From an uncultured Solirubrobacteraceae bacterium (GTDB lineage: Bacteria; Actinomycetota; Thermoleophilia; Solirubrobacterales; Solirubrobacteraceae), in NCBI GenBank assembly GCA_963759445.1, contig CAVWZC010000009.1:1704-65703 (forward strand): DNA of 64,000 bases, in the 5' to 3' direction. The position numbers and the translations under genes were made by a program. The notes beneath the pieces were generated by a model. That model did no database searches, was not told the DNA's origin, and worked only from the letters and a program-made list of their open reading frames with translations. The first letter of the stretch is position 1. Every line of letters begins with the position of its first letter. Positions 32,123 to 43,213 of the stretch are shown one piece after another.

Positions 32123-35100
32123 CAGCGCGACCTCCCGTGGCGGCGGTTGCGCGGCCTGCGGTTCTTCGGGGGCTTCGGGTCTTCCTTGAGCACCAGGTCC
32201 TCCGGCGTCAGGTCCGCGGCCGGGTCGCGCTCGGGCTCGAGCGGGCGATCGGGCTCGGGCTCGACGGCCGCCGTCGCCGCGGATCGGCGCGGACGCGTAC
32301 GGGGTGCCGCCGGCGCGGCTGCGGGCGCGCCGTTGCCGGCTCCCCCCTCGACGTCGAGGTCGCGCACGAGTTCCTGGAACTCATCGCGCGAGATCTGGTC
32401 GCCGGGTTTCTCCGGCGCGATCAGGCTGCCGCGGCGGGTGCGCCTGCGCTTCTGCTCCGGCTCGATGTCCTCGGGGGCGCCGGTGGCCGTCGTCGCATAC
32501 GCCGGCACGGCCCCGAGTTCGCGAACGATGCGCGCGCGGCGGGAGCGGTAGCCGGGCTCGCGCTCCTTCCAGTGGGTCAGCACCGGCGAGGCGATGAAGA
32601 TCGAGGAGTAGGCGCCCGAGGCGATGCCGACCATCAGCGCGAACGCGAAGTCCTTCAGCGTTTCGCCGCCGAGCACGAGCAGCGCGAGCACCGGCAGGAG
32701 CGTGCAGAAGCTCGTCGCGAGCGATCTAGTCAGCACCTCTGACATGGAGCGGTTGACGACCTGCGAGAACGCGGCCCTGGGCATTCGTGGGACGTTCTCG
32801 CGCACGCGGTCGAACACGATGATCGTGTCGTAGAGCGAATACCCGAGGATCGTCAGCAGCGCCGCGACCGTCGCCGTCGTCACTTCGCGGCCCAGCAGCG
32901 CGTACACGCCGGAGGTGATCAGCAGGTCGTGCATCAGCGCGATCAGCACCGGGACCGCGTACTTCCACTCGAACCGCAGCGCGATGTAGGCGGAGATCAC
33001 CAGCAGCGATGCGATGATCGCGATGACCGCGCTGTTGGCGACGGTTTTGCCGAACGTGGAGCCGATCGTGGTCGAGGAGAAGTCCTTCACGCCGAATTTG
33101 CTCTGCAGCGTTCTTTCGACGACCTTGGCCTTCAGCGGCGTGAGTTTCTTGGTCGAGATCTGGTAGCCGTTGCCGCCGACGCTCTTGCTGTTGATCTTCT
33201 GCACCGTGGCGCCCGGGAAGCCGGCTTCGGAGACCGCTTTCGCGACGGCCGGCTGCGAGGCCGGCTTCAAGAACGCCGTCTGGATGCGCGAGCCGCCCTT
33301 GAAGTCGAGCCCGAAGTTGAGCCCTTTGCCGCCGATCGCGAGCGCACCGACGAGCAGGATCACCCCGGATAGGGAGAAGAAATACTTCGAGGCGCCCATG
33401 AAGTCGAACTTCCAGCCGCTGCCGCGGCGCTGCGTGGCGCCGAGCGCGGCGGGATGGGTGACCATGCGGCTGCGGCCCATGGTGCCGAGCGCGGCCTGCG
33501 TGGCGAGCACCGCGGTGAATAGCGAGACCGCGGTGCCGATACCAAGCGTGAATGCGAATCCCTTCACTTCGGCGGTGGCGAGCGCGAACAGGATGAAGGC
33601 CGTCATGAAGGTCACGACGTTGGCGTCGACGATCGCCGCGAAGCCGCGTTTGTAGCCGGTCGCGATGCCCGAGATGACCGAGCGCCCGCCGCGGATCTCC
33701 TCCTTGACGCGCTCGAAGATCACGATGTTGGCGTCTGCGGCGACGCCGATCGTGAGGATCAGGCCGGCGATCCCCGGCAGCGTCATGACAATCGGGATCA
33801 GCTTGATCAGCGCGAACAGGTAGGCGCCGTAGATGAGCAGCCCGCCGATCGCGATCACGCCGAGCACGCGGTAGAAGATCAGCAGGAAGGCGCACACCAC
33901 GAGGAAGCCGACGAGCAGTGCGGTCAACCCTTGCGTGAGCGCCGTTTTGCCGAGAGTCGCCGAGACCTGCGAGCGCGAGATCAGGTCGAGCTTCACCGGC
34001 AGCGCGCCGGACTGCAGCTCGTTGGCCAGGTTCTGCGCCGAGGTGAGCGTGAAGCCGCCGGAGATCTCCGAGCCGCTCGTGGCGTCGATGCCTTCGGAGT
34101 ACTTCGTGAAGTCGATCGAGGGGACGGTGATCAGCTGACCGTCGAGCACGATCGCGAAATGCTGCAGCGCCTGTTCCTTGGTGATGCCGGGCAGCTGGGA
34201 TTCCTGGCCGCGGTGCGCGATCACCTTCGTGATGTGTTCGAAGATGCCCTTGCCGTGCGAGCTGAAGCCGAAGTTGACGTTCGGCTGGCCGGTGCCGCCA
34301 CCGCCTTCGTCGAACCCCTGCTGCGGGTTGGTGATGTCGTTGCCCGTGAGCACCACCACGTCGTTGAGGACGTAGTAGGCGTTGGGGTGCTGCTTGATGA
34401 TCTTGCCCGAGCCGTTTTCGGTCGGGTGCGCCTCGACGACGATCGTCCCGGGGTTCACGCGCACGGCTTCGGTCTTGGTGCTCGCGGGCAGTTTGTTCTT
34501 TTCCAGCAGCTTCACGCGTTCGCTTTCGACGTTCTGCTTGCTTTCTTCGAAGCCGCGGAGCACCAGTTCTTTCTTTGGTTCGAGCAGGAACCAGCTGCCG
34601 TAGAGGCAGCCGTTCTTCTGCGCAGGGGTGCAACCCTGCGTCCAGGTGGTCTCGCCCTTGCGCAGGATCGGCGCGAGTTTGTCCGCGCGCAGCACCGCCT
34701 GGTACTCGGTGAGCCCGGCGATCGGGCCGCCGGCTCCGCCGCTGGTGGTGTCGCCTGTGACGGAGCCTTCGGTCGGGTCGGGTTTGCCGTTCGGCCCGAT
34801 CACGTTCGGCTCCCAGTCGTAGAAGCTGCAGCTGCGCGGTCTTGCCGACCTCTTCTTCGGCGCGGATGATGTTTTCACGTCGGGCAGCGCGACGTCGATT
34901 TCCCTTTCGCCGTAGCGCTGAGATTTCCGGGCTGAGGCGACGCCGAGCTGATCGACGCGGTTGCGCATGATCGTGATCGCGCGTTCGAGCGTTTCGGGCG
35001 TGACTTTCGCCTCGGCTGTGGGCTTGGCCTGATAGATCAGCTGCACGCCGCCCTTCAGGTCGAGGCCGAGGCGCGTCGTCTTCGTGACGATCGCCGCTGC

Positions 35101-35163
35101 GGACCCGATCAGCAGGCCCGCCACGACGAGCAGGATCATGATGTTGCGCCGGCGGTCGGTCAT
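32122..35163 (-). CDS. secDF: Fused protein-export membrane protein SecDF (compensating indels near 34830-34935)
   Basis: LGLDLKGG, IGVAADANIVIFERVKEE, FGLDFKGG, GYSLYDTIIVFDRVRE, GAYSSIFIASP. Confidence 0.95.
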   Translation of the reverse strand: MTDRRRNIMILLVVAGLLIGSAAAIVTKTTRLGLDLKGGVQLIYQAKPTAEAKVTPETLERAITIMRNRVDQLGVASARKSQRYGEREIDVALPDVKTSSAPKKRSARPRSCSFYDWEPNVIGPNGKPDPTEGSVTGDTTSGGAGGPIAGLTEYQAVLRADKLAPILRKGETTWTQGCTPAQKNGCLYGSWFLLEPKKELVLRGFEESKQNVESERVKLLEKNKLPASTKTEAVRVNPGTIVVEAHPTENGSGKIIKQHPNAYYVLNDVVVLTGNDITNPQQGFDEGGGGTGQPNVNFGFSSHGKGIFEHITKVIAHRGQESQLPGITKEQALQHFAIVLDGQLITVPSIDFTKYSEGIDATSGSEISGGFTLTSAQNLANELQSGALPVKLDLISRSQVSATLGKTALTQGLTALLVGFLVVCAFLLIFYRVLGVIAIGGLLIYGAYLFALIKLIPIVMTLPGIAGLILTIGVAADANIVIFERVKEEIRGGRSVISGIATGYKRGFAAIVDANVVTFMTAFILFALATAEVKGFAFTLGIGTAVSLFTAVLATQAALGTMGRSRMVTHPAALGATQRRGSGWKFDFMGASKYFFSLSGVILLVGALAIGGKGLNFGLDFKGGSRIQTAFLKPASQPAVAKAVSEAGFPGATVQKINSKSVGGNGYQISTKKLTPLKAKVVERTLQSKFGVKDFSSTTIGSTFGKTVANSAVIAIIASLLVISAYIALRFEWKYAVPVLIALMHDLLITSGVYALLGREVTTATVAALLTILGYSLYDTIIVFDRVRENVPRMPRAAFSQVVNRSMSEVLTRSLATSFCTLLPVLALLVLGGETLKDFAFALMVGIASGAYSSIFIASPVLTHWKEREPGYRSRRARIVRELGAVPAYATTATGAPEDIEPEQKRRRTRRGSLIAPEKPGDQISRDEFQELVRDLDVEGGAGNGAPAAAPAAPRTRPRRSAATAAVEPEPDRPLEPERDPAADLTPEDLVLKEDPKPPKNRRPRNRRHGRSR

Positions 35164-35181
35164 GTACGCACCAGGCGAAGG

Positions 35182-35631
35182 CTACTTGTCGGGGGTGAGC
35201 ACGAGCAACAGCCCACCGTCGTCGTCGTAGGCGGGGAACATGTCGGCTTTGGCATTCGCCGCCACGTCGCGATCTCCGCTGACCTCGACCGGCACCTCGA
35301 GCGCGCGCACGCCCCACTCGAGCACCGTCTCGACCGGATCGTCGCCGTTGGCGAAGCGCAGGCCGAGCACCTGCTCGACGCGCTGGCCGATGACCTCTTC
35401 CTCCTCGACGCCGGTGAAGGCGAAGGAGTTCTTGCCGCAGCCGACGATGCGGCCCTCGCCGTCGCAGACGAAGAAGGCGGCGTCGGGAGCGGGGTAGTAG
35501 TCATCGAGCAGTTCGAACAGGAACGCGAAGCCGCACTTGTCGCAGCCCTTGCGATGGCGCGTGAAACCGAGGTTGCGATCGAGCTCGCTGGTGCGGTGTC
35601 CACAGTTGGGGCAGATGAACGGATGGGACAT
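35182..35631 (-). CDS. Zn-ribbon + PAS-fold protein
   Basis: CPNC...CDKC followed by PDAAFFVCDGEGRIV...FTGVEEEEVIG (PAS pattern). Confidence 0.75.
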   Translation of the reverse strand: MSHPFICPNCGHRTSELDRNLGFTRHRKGCDKCGFAFLFELLDDYYPAPDAAFFVCDGEGRIVGCGKNSFAFTGVEEEEVIGQRVEQVLGLRFANGDDPVETVLEWGVRALEVPVEVSGDRDVAANAKADMFPAYDDDGGLLLVLTPDK

Positions 35632-35743
35632 GGTCAAGCACAGAGTACGCAAGGCCGCTGCTGTTGGCGGCTGTTTGGCAGGCGACGCGGCCCGCGCCCC
35701 CTCCAGCGCGCCCTGAAGCCTCGCCGAGCCTTCTCAAGCCTCC

Positions 35744-36772
35744 CTAAAAGAGCGCCTCGCCGGCGGGTACCGGAGCCTCTACTCCGAGGTGCTCGAAAGC
35801 CAGGGGCGTCGCCGCGCGTCCCCGCGGGGTTCGCTTGATCAGCCCCTGCTGCAGAAGGTAGGGCTCGTACACGTCCTCGATCGTGTCCTGCTCCTCCCCG
35901 ACGGCGACGGCGAGCGTCGAGAGCCCGACGGGGCCGCCTGCGAACTTCAGGCAGATGGCCTCGAGGATGCGGCGGTCGAGGCGGTCGAGACCGAGCGCGT
36001 CGACCTCGAGCAGCGCGAGCGCCTCGCGCGCGGCGTCCGCGCTGACGATGCCCTCCATGCGCACCTCGGCGTAGTCGCGCACACGCTTGAGCAGGCGGTT
36101 GGCCACGCGCGGGGTGCCACGGCTGCGCGAGGCGATCTCGAGCGCGCCGTCGTCCTCGAGCGTCGACCTCGAGGATCCCGGCGGAGCGCCGCACGATCAT
36201 GGCGAGCTCCTCCACCGCGTAGGGCTCCAGGCGCGCCTGGATGCCGAAGCGGTCGCGCAGCGGCGTGGACAGCAGGCCCGTGCGGGTGGTCGCGCCGACG
36301 AGCGTGAAGGGCGGCAGCTCGAGCGTGACCACGCGCGCGCCGGCGCCCTGGCCGACCGTGATCGGCAGGCGGTGGTCCTCCATCGCCGGGTAGAAGGTCT
36401 CCTCGAGCGTGCGCGCGAGCCGGTGGATCTCGTCCACGAAGAACACGCTGCGCGGCTCCAGCGCGGTCAGGAAGGCGGCGATGTCGCCCTTGCGCTCGAG
36501 CGCGGGCCCGGCGGTGGCGACGAACGGCACCTCGAGCTCGGCCGCGACGATCTGCGCGAGCGAGGTCTTGCCGAGTCCCGGCGGGCCTGCCAGCAGCAGG
36601 TGGTCGAGCGCCTCGCCGCGCGCGCCGCATGCCTCGATCGCGACGCTCGAGCTGCTCGCGCAGCGCGTCCTGCCCGACGAACTCCTCGCAGGCGGCGCGG
36701 GCGCAGCGAGCGGTCGAGCTCGTCCTCGGCGACCAGGTATGGGGTCTGGATGCGCGCGGCGGTCTCGCTCAC
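35744..36772 (-). CDS. ruvB: Holliday junction helicase RuvB (frameshifted)
   Basis: [48 protein letters not shown]...RTPRGR. Confidence 0.95.
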
Positions 36773-37388
36773 GTCCGCGCTCCGTCCGAGCGCGCGAGCC
36801 GCAGCGCCTCACCGATCAGCTCCTCAGCGCTCTCGCCCTCGGCGTCGCGCAGCAGCTCGTCGGCCTCCTCGGGCCCGTAGCCGAGCTCGAGCAGCCCGGC
36901 GCGGGCGAGCGCGCGGTGCTCGACGGCACCGTCTTCGCCGCGGCGGGCGACGATCGGCGCGCGCGCCGCGGCCACCCCCTGCTCGGAGCCGACCTTCTCG
37001 CGCAGCTCGACGATGATGCGCTCGGCGGTGCGCTTGCCGATGCCGGGCACCGCCTGCAGGCGGGCGGCGTCGCCGGCGGCCAGCGCCGCGACGAGCTCGC
37101 GCGGGCGCGCCGACGGAGAGCACGGCGAGGGCCACCTTCGGGCCAACCGCCTGCACGGACAGGAGCATCAGGAACAGCTCGCGCTCCTCCTCGTGATGCG
37201 AATCCGTAGAGCATGAGCGCGTCCTCGCGCGCGATCAGGTGCGTGTGCAGCGTGACCTCCTCGCCGACGCGGCGGGACCGCCGCAGCGTCTGCGCCGAGA
37301 CCGCCGCGCGGTAGCCGATGCCGGCGCAGAGCACGACGACGTGGTCGGGGCGGCGCAGCGCGACCTCGCCGCGCAGCAGCGCGATCAC
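36769..37388 (-). CDS. ruvA: Holliday junction DNA-binding protein RuvA (frameshifted)
   Basis: [47 protein letters not shown]. Confidence 0.92.
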
Positions 37389-37888
37389 GGCCGCGCTCCG
37401 CGCGCCAGCGCGAGCTCGAGCGGCGCGCGGTTGGCGTGGCAGATCGCGACCGCGAGCGCGTCGGCGGCGTGGTCGGAGCGCGGCGGCTCGCTCAGCGCGA
37501 GCAGCGCGCCGACCATGCGCGCGACCTGGTCCTTCTCGGCGCGGCCGCTGCCGCACACCGCCCCCTTGACCTGCTGCGGGGTGTAGCTGAAGCAGTCGAT
37601 GCCGCGCTGCCCAGCTGCGAGCATCGCCGCCCCGCGGGCCTGCCCGACGGCGAAGGCGGTGCGCGCGTTCTGCCCGAAGTAGAGCTGCTCGAGGGCGAGC
37701 GCGTGCGGATCGTGCTCCTCGATCAGCGCCTGCACGGCGTCATGGATCTCGGCCAGGCGGCGCTCCTGTGCGAGCGCGGCGGCGGTTTCGATGACGCCCC
37801 CGTCGAGCGCGACCAGGCGGCCGCCGCGGCGCGCGACCACGCCGTAGCCCGTGCTCGCGAGGCCGGGGTCGATGCCAAGGATCACCAT
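37385..37888 (-). CDS. ruvC: Holliday junction resolvase RuvC
   Basis: ILGIDPG, ALEQLYF, YTPQQVK, DHAADALAVAICH. Confidence 0.96.
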   Translation of the reverse strand: MVILGIDPGLASTGYGVVARRGGRLVALDGGVIETAAALAQERRLAEIHDAVQALIEEHDPHALALEQLYFGQNARTAFAVGQARGAAMLAAGQRGIDCFSYTPQQVKGAVCGSGRAEKDQVARMVGALLALSEPPRSDHAADALAVAICHANRAPLELALARGARP

Positions 37889-37951
37889 CTGCGTCGTTGG
37901 GTGATTCTGCGCGCCGGCCCGGACGCCTGCCTGCAGCTAGGGTGGCGGCGG

Positions 37952-39073
37952 GTGTCCGAGGAGCGCATCGACTTCGCCGCGGAGGGCCTGCTGGACGGGC
38001 TCGAGGGCGCGGAGCGCGACGAGCGCCTGGCGCTGCTCGACAGGCTCGCCGAGGAAGGCGTCCCGCTCGAGCAGCTGCGCCGCTAGGTCGAGATCGGGCG
38101 AATCTCGTTTTCCTGCCCGCGGACCGCGTCATCGGCGGCGTCGAGCGCTACACCGCCGCCGAGGTGTCGAAGCTGAGCGGCGTCGAGCTCGACTTCCTGC
38201 TGGCATGCCGGCGCGCGATGGGCCTGCCGATCCCCGAGCCCGAGGAAGCGGCGTTCAGCGAGGACGACGTCGACGCGGCGCGGCGCAGCATGTACGCGCG
38301 CGCAGCGGGCGTGAGCGACGAGGACCTGCTCGAACTGCTGCGGGTGCTCGGCCGCGGCCTCGCGCAGGCCGCGGAAACCATGCGCGCGCTGCCCTTCAAA
38401 CTCGTGTTGCGCCCGGGCATGAGCGAGCGTGAGCTCGCACTGCACTACGGCGAGGCGGTCGCGCAGCTGTACCCGATGGTGGATCCGCTGCTGAGCAACA
38501 TGCTCGCGTGGCACCTGCGCAACTCGACCCAGAGCGAGGTCATCGACGCGATGGAGCGCAGCGGCGGGCAGCTGCCCGGCTCGCGCGAGGTCTCGGTCTG
38601 CTTCGCCGACCTGGTCGGATTCACACGGCTCGGAGAGGAAGTGGCGCCAGACGAGCTCGGCCGCCTGGCGGCGCGCCTGGAAGAACTCGCCGGCGACGTG
38701 GCGGGGCGCCGGTGCGGCTGGTGAAGACGCTCGGCGACGCCGCGATGCTCGCGGCGCCCTCGCCGGAGCCGCTGCTCGAGGCGGCGCTCGGCCTGATCGA
38801 TGCGGCCGAGCAGGAGGGCAGCGAGTTCCCGCAGCTGCGCGCGGGTGCGGCGAGCGGAGCTCGCGCTGCCGCGCGCCGGCGACTGGTTCGGCAGGCCCGT
38901 GAACCTCGCCAGCCGCATCACTGCCGTGGCGCGGCCGGGGAGCCTGCTGGTCGAGCGCACCGCTTCGCGAGGCGGCGCCCGAGAGCTACCGCTTCAGCTT
39001 CGCCGGGCAGCGCCGGCTGAAGGGGATCCGCGAGCCCGTCTCGCTGTTCAGGGTGCGCCCGCCGGAGGGCTAG
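37952..39073 (+). CDS. Class III adenylate cyclase with N-terminal regulatory domain (Rv1264-like); stop at 38084 and indels probably artefactual
   Basis: [45 protein letters not shown]. Confidence 0.85.
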
Positions 39074-39887
39074 CGGCGAGCTCGCCGACGAACTGCTCGC
39101 GGGACATCGCTCCCCGGCTCCCCCCGCGGGATCGGCCTGACGCTGCCCGTCGTCCTCCTCGCCCCGAAGCGCCAGGGGGCGCACCCCGCGGCCCACTGCT
39201 CCCTCAGCGCCAGGGCGTCCTTGTAGGTGTCCATGCAGCGCCAGAAGCCCCCGTGGCGGTAAGCGTGCAGCTCGCCCCGGCGGCGAGTCGCTGCAGCGGC
39301 TCGCGCTCGAGCACGCTGTCCTCGCCGAGGCGCTCGAGCGCCGAGCGCTCGAAGCAGAAGAAGCCGCCGTTGATCCAGTGCTCGGAGCGCGGCTTCTCGT
39401 CGAAGCGCGAGCACGCGCCCGTCGGCGTCGAGCTCGGGCGACGCCGAACTGCAGCTGCGGGCGCACGACGGTCACGCTGGCGAGCGCCGCCGTGGCGCGC
39501 GTGGAAGGCGAGCAGCGCGGCGAGGTCGAGGTCGGCGAGCCCGTCCGAGTAGGTCACGCAGAGGCGCTGGCTCTGCCGCGAGCAGCTCGCCGGCAAGCCG
39601 CACCCTGCCGCCGGTGTTGCGTCTCGTGCCCGGTGTCGAGGCACCCGCACGTGCACGCCCGCGGGCCAGGCCGCTGCGCGGCGCGAAGCTGCTCGATCAG
39701 CTCTCCCCTGTGGCCGGTGGCGAGCACGAAGCGGTCGAAAGCCCTGCGCGGCGTAGAGCATCATCACGTGCCAGAGGATCGGCATGCCGCCGATCTCCAC
39801 GAGCGGCTTGGGGAGCTCGCTGGCGTGCTCCTGCAGGCGCGTGCCGCGCCCGCCGCAGAGGATCACACCGGCGGGCGGCGCGCTCAG
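39070..39887 (-). CDS. Glucose-1-phosphate cytidylyltransferase-like nucleotidyltransferase (frameshifted; start uncertain)
   Basis: [52 protein letters not shown]. Confidence 0.8.
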
Positions 39888-40636
39888 CCGGCGACACGCT
39901 CGAGGACGTCGGCGGCGACGTCGTAGTTGGCGTGCACCGCGCTCACGTCGTCGTTGTCCTCGAGCGCCTCGATCAGGCGCATCAGCTTGCCGGCCTGCGC
40001 CTCCTCGACCGGCACGAGGCTCGAGGGCCGGTAGGCCATCTCGGCGCTCTCCATCTCGACGCCCGGCCTCCTCGAGCGCGCCGGCGCACGCGCGCGAAGT
40101 CGGCGGGCTCGGTGACGACCTCGAAGACGTCCTCGTCGGCGCTGATGTCCTCGGCGCCCGCCTCGATCGCCACCATCAGGTCGTCTTCGGAGTAGCGCGA
40201 GCCGTCGATCACGATCGTCGCCCTTCTTGTCGAACAGGTAGGCGACCGAGCCCGGCTCGCCGAGGCTGCCGCCGTTCTTGGAGAAGATGTGGCGACGTCG
40301 GCGCCCGTGCGGTTGCGGTTGTCGGTGAGCGCCTCGACGAGCAGCGCGACGCCGCCGGGGCCGTAGCCCTCGTAGAGGACGCTCTCGATGCCGTCGGCCT
40401 CGGCGCCGACACCGGCGCCCTTGGCGATCGCGCGCTCGATGTTGTCCTTCGGCATCGACGCTTCCTTGGCCTTGCGGATCGCGTTCTCGAGCGCGATGTT
40501 GGCGTCCGGGTCGCGGCCCGCCGTCGCGCGCGGCGACCATGATCGCGCGCGAGAGCTTCGAGAACTGCGCGCCGCGGCGCGAGTCCACGACGGCCTTCTT
40601 GTGCTTGATGCTCGCCCACTTGGAGTGTCCGGACAT
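39884..40636 (-). CDS. yebC: YebC/PmpR-family protein (frameshifted)
   Basis: [44 protein letters not shown]. Confidence 0.95.
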   Translation of the reverse strand: MSGHSKWASIKHKKAVVDSRRGAQFSKLSRAIMVAARDGGPRPGRQHRARERDPQGQGSVDAEGQHRARDRQGRRCRRRGRRHRERPLRGLRPRRRRAARRGAHRQPQPHGRRRRHIFSKNGGSLGEPGSVAYLFDKKGDDRDRRLALLRRRPDGGDRGGRRGHQRRRGRLRGRHRARRLRARAPARSRRPGVEMESAEMAYRPSSLVPVEEAQAGKLMRLIEALEDNDDVSAVHANYDVAADVLERVAG

Positions 40637-40664
40637 TGCGCCACAAGTCTAGAATCGCGCGCCG

Positions 40665-42104
40665 ATGGGCACCGTGCCGCCACCCGGAGGTCTTCAAGGC
40701 CTACGACATCCGGGGCCTCTACGGCGAGCAGATCGACGGCGATGGCGCGAGGCGATCGCGCGCGCTTTCGCACGCGTGCTCGGGGAGCTCGCCGGCAAGG
40801 CCACGACCGAGCTGCGCGTGGGGCTCGGGCGCGACATGCGCCTGAGCGCCCCCGAGCTCGCGGCGCGCTACCGCGAGGGGCTGGCGGCGAAGGCGTGCAC
40901 GTGCTCGACGCCGGGCAGGTCGGGCAGCGAGATGCTCTATTTCCTGGTGGGCTCGCGCGAGCTCGACGGCGGGCTGATGTGCACCGCCTCGCACAACCCG
41001 AAGCCCTACACCGGCGCGAAGCTCATGCGCGAGGGCGCGCTCGCGCTCTCCGGCGAGCAGGGCATCGAGGACGTCCGCCGCGAGGTCGAAGCCGAAGCGC
41101 AGCACGGCGCCGGCGCACGGGCGCTCGGACCCGGCGAGCCCGCCGGGCGCGGCTCGAGGAGGTGGACATCTACGACGGAGTTCCAGGCGGCCGTGCTGGG
41201 GTTCATCGACGCCGACGCGGTGCGCGCGGCGCAGGGCGAGCGCGCGCTGAAGGTGGTGCTCGACGGCGCGAACGGGATGGCGGGCCCGATGGTCGGCCCG
41301 GTGCTCGCGCGGCTCGGCCTCGAGCTGCTCGAGAACTACTGGACGCCCGACGGCTACTTCCCCGACCACGAACCCAACCCGCTGCTCGAGGAGAACCGCC
41401 GCTTCATCGATCGAGAAGGTGCGCGAGAGCGGAGCCGACCTCGGCATCGCCTGGGACGGGGACGCCGACCGCTGCTTCTTCATCGACGCAACCGGCGCGT
41501 TCGTGGACGGCGACTTCCTCACCGCGCTGCTCGCGGCCTCGCTGCTGCGCAGCGCACCCGGGCGAGGCGATCCTGTACGACGTGCGCGCCTCGTGGGCGG
41601 TCCCGGACACCGTGCGCGCGCGCGGGCGGGACCCGTACATCAACCGCGTCGGCCACGCGTTCTTCAAGTCGCGCATGCGCAGGGAGGGCTCGCTGTTCGG
41701 CGGCGAGGTCTCGGGCCACTACTACTTCCGCGACTTCTACTGCGCGGACTCGGGCGCGATCCCCGCGCTGCTGATGCTCGAGCTGCTCGCGCGCGAGCGG
41801 CGGCCGTTGTCGGAGCTGCTCGAGCCCTACCGCTCGCGCTACTTCATCAGCGGCGAGGTCAACTCGCGAGGTCGAGGACCCGGCGGCGAAGATCGAGGAG
41901 ATCGCGGCGCGCTACTCCGACGCGCGCCAGAGCCGCCTCGACGGCATCTCGATCGACTACGAGGACTGGCACTTCAACGTGCGGCCCTCGAACACCGAGC
42001 CGCTGCTGCGCCTGTGCCTGGAGTCGCTCGTCTCACCCAGGACATGGAGCGCCGCCGCGACGAGGTGCTCGCGCTGATCCGCTCCCGCGAGGGCCGGGTC
42101 GTGA
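40665..42104 (+). CDS. Phosphomannomutase/phosphoglucomutase (frameshifted)
   Basis: [40 protein letters not shown]. Confidence 0.9.
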
Positions 42105-43213
42105 GCGCCGAGGAGGGTCGCTGCCAGGATCAGCAGGCCCAGGAGAAGCGGGCGAGGGACAAGCAGGCGCAGGAGGAGCGCGAGGAGCAGGCGCGCCTCG
42201 CGCAGGCCGCCGAAGCGGGAATCCACCGCCTGGCGATCCCCACGCCGTTCATGGTCGGGCGCGTGAACGCCTACCTGATCGAGGACTCGCCGCTGACGCT
42301 CGTGGACTCGGGGCCGAACTCGGCGAAGGCGCTCGACGAGCTCGAGCGCGCGCTCGGCGGGACACGGCCGCCGCGTCGAGGACATCGAGCTGCTGATCGT
42401 GACCCACCAGCACATCGACCATTTCGGGCTCGCATCGATCCTCGCGCGCCGCTCGGGCGCCGAGGTCGCGGCGCTCGAGGCGCTCGCGCCCTTTCTCGAG
42501 CGGCTTCGGGCGCGAGACGGACCTCGAAGACCGCTTCGCGGAGCGCCTGATGCTGCGCCACGGCATCCCCGCAGAAGTCGTCGACGGCGCTGCGGGCGGT
42601 ATCGGCGAGCTTCCGCGGCTGGGGCGCGCCGGTGGAGGTGACGAGGCCGCTGAGCGACGGCTCGGAGCTCGCGCTGCGCGACCGCACGCTGCGCGTGCTC
42701 CACCGGCCCGGGCACAGCCCCTCGGACACGGTCTTCCTCGACGAGCGCCGGCGGCATGCTGCTGGCGGCGGACCACCTGATCGCGCACATCTCCTCCAAC
42801 CCGCTGCTGGCGCGCCCGCTGGGCGCTCGGCGCCGACTACGACGGGCCGCGCCCGCAGGCGCTCATCACCTACATGGACTCGCTCCAGAAGACGAGCGAG
42901 CTGGAGCTCGAGCTCACGCTCAGCGGCCACGGCAGGCCGATCGCCGACCACGTCGGCGCTGATCGACGAACGCTTCCGCATGCACAAGCGCCGCGCCGAG
43001 CGGATCCGCCGGCTGATCGAGACCGAGCCGCGCAGCGCCCACGAGATCGCCCAGGAGCTGTGGGGCAACGTCGCGGTCACGCAGGCCTACCTCACGCTCT
43101 CCGAGGTGCTCGGGCACATGGACCTGCTGCTGCGCGACGGCGCTGGCGGTCGAAGAGGGAGGACGCCGGCGTCGGCGGCGCCGGCGCCGGTCGCTGCGCT
43201 TCGCGCCGCCTGA
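42101..43213 (+). CDS. MBL-fold metallo-hydrolase (frameshifted)
   Basis: VNAYLI, THQHIDHFG, PGHSPSD, ADHL, SGHG; C-terminal winged-helix-like tail. Confidence 0.85.

Noticed and set aside
42040-42300. Apparent PMM/PGM-MBL hydrolase fusion (single frame in ORF 40388-42550)
   Set aside because: GTGA at 42101-42104 is a typical stop/start overlap; one indel in this error-rich block would restore two genes.
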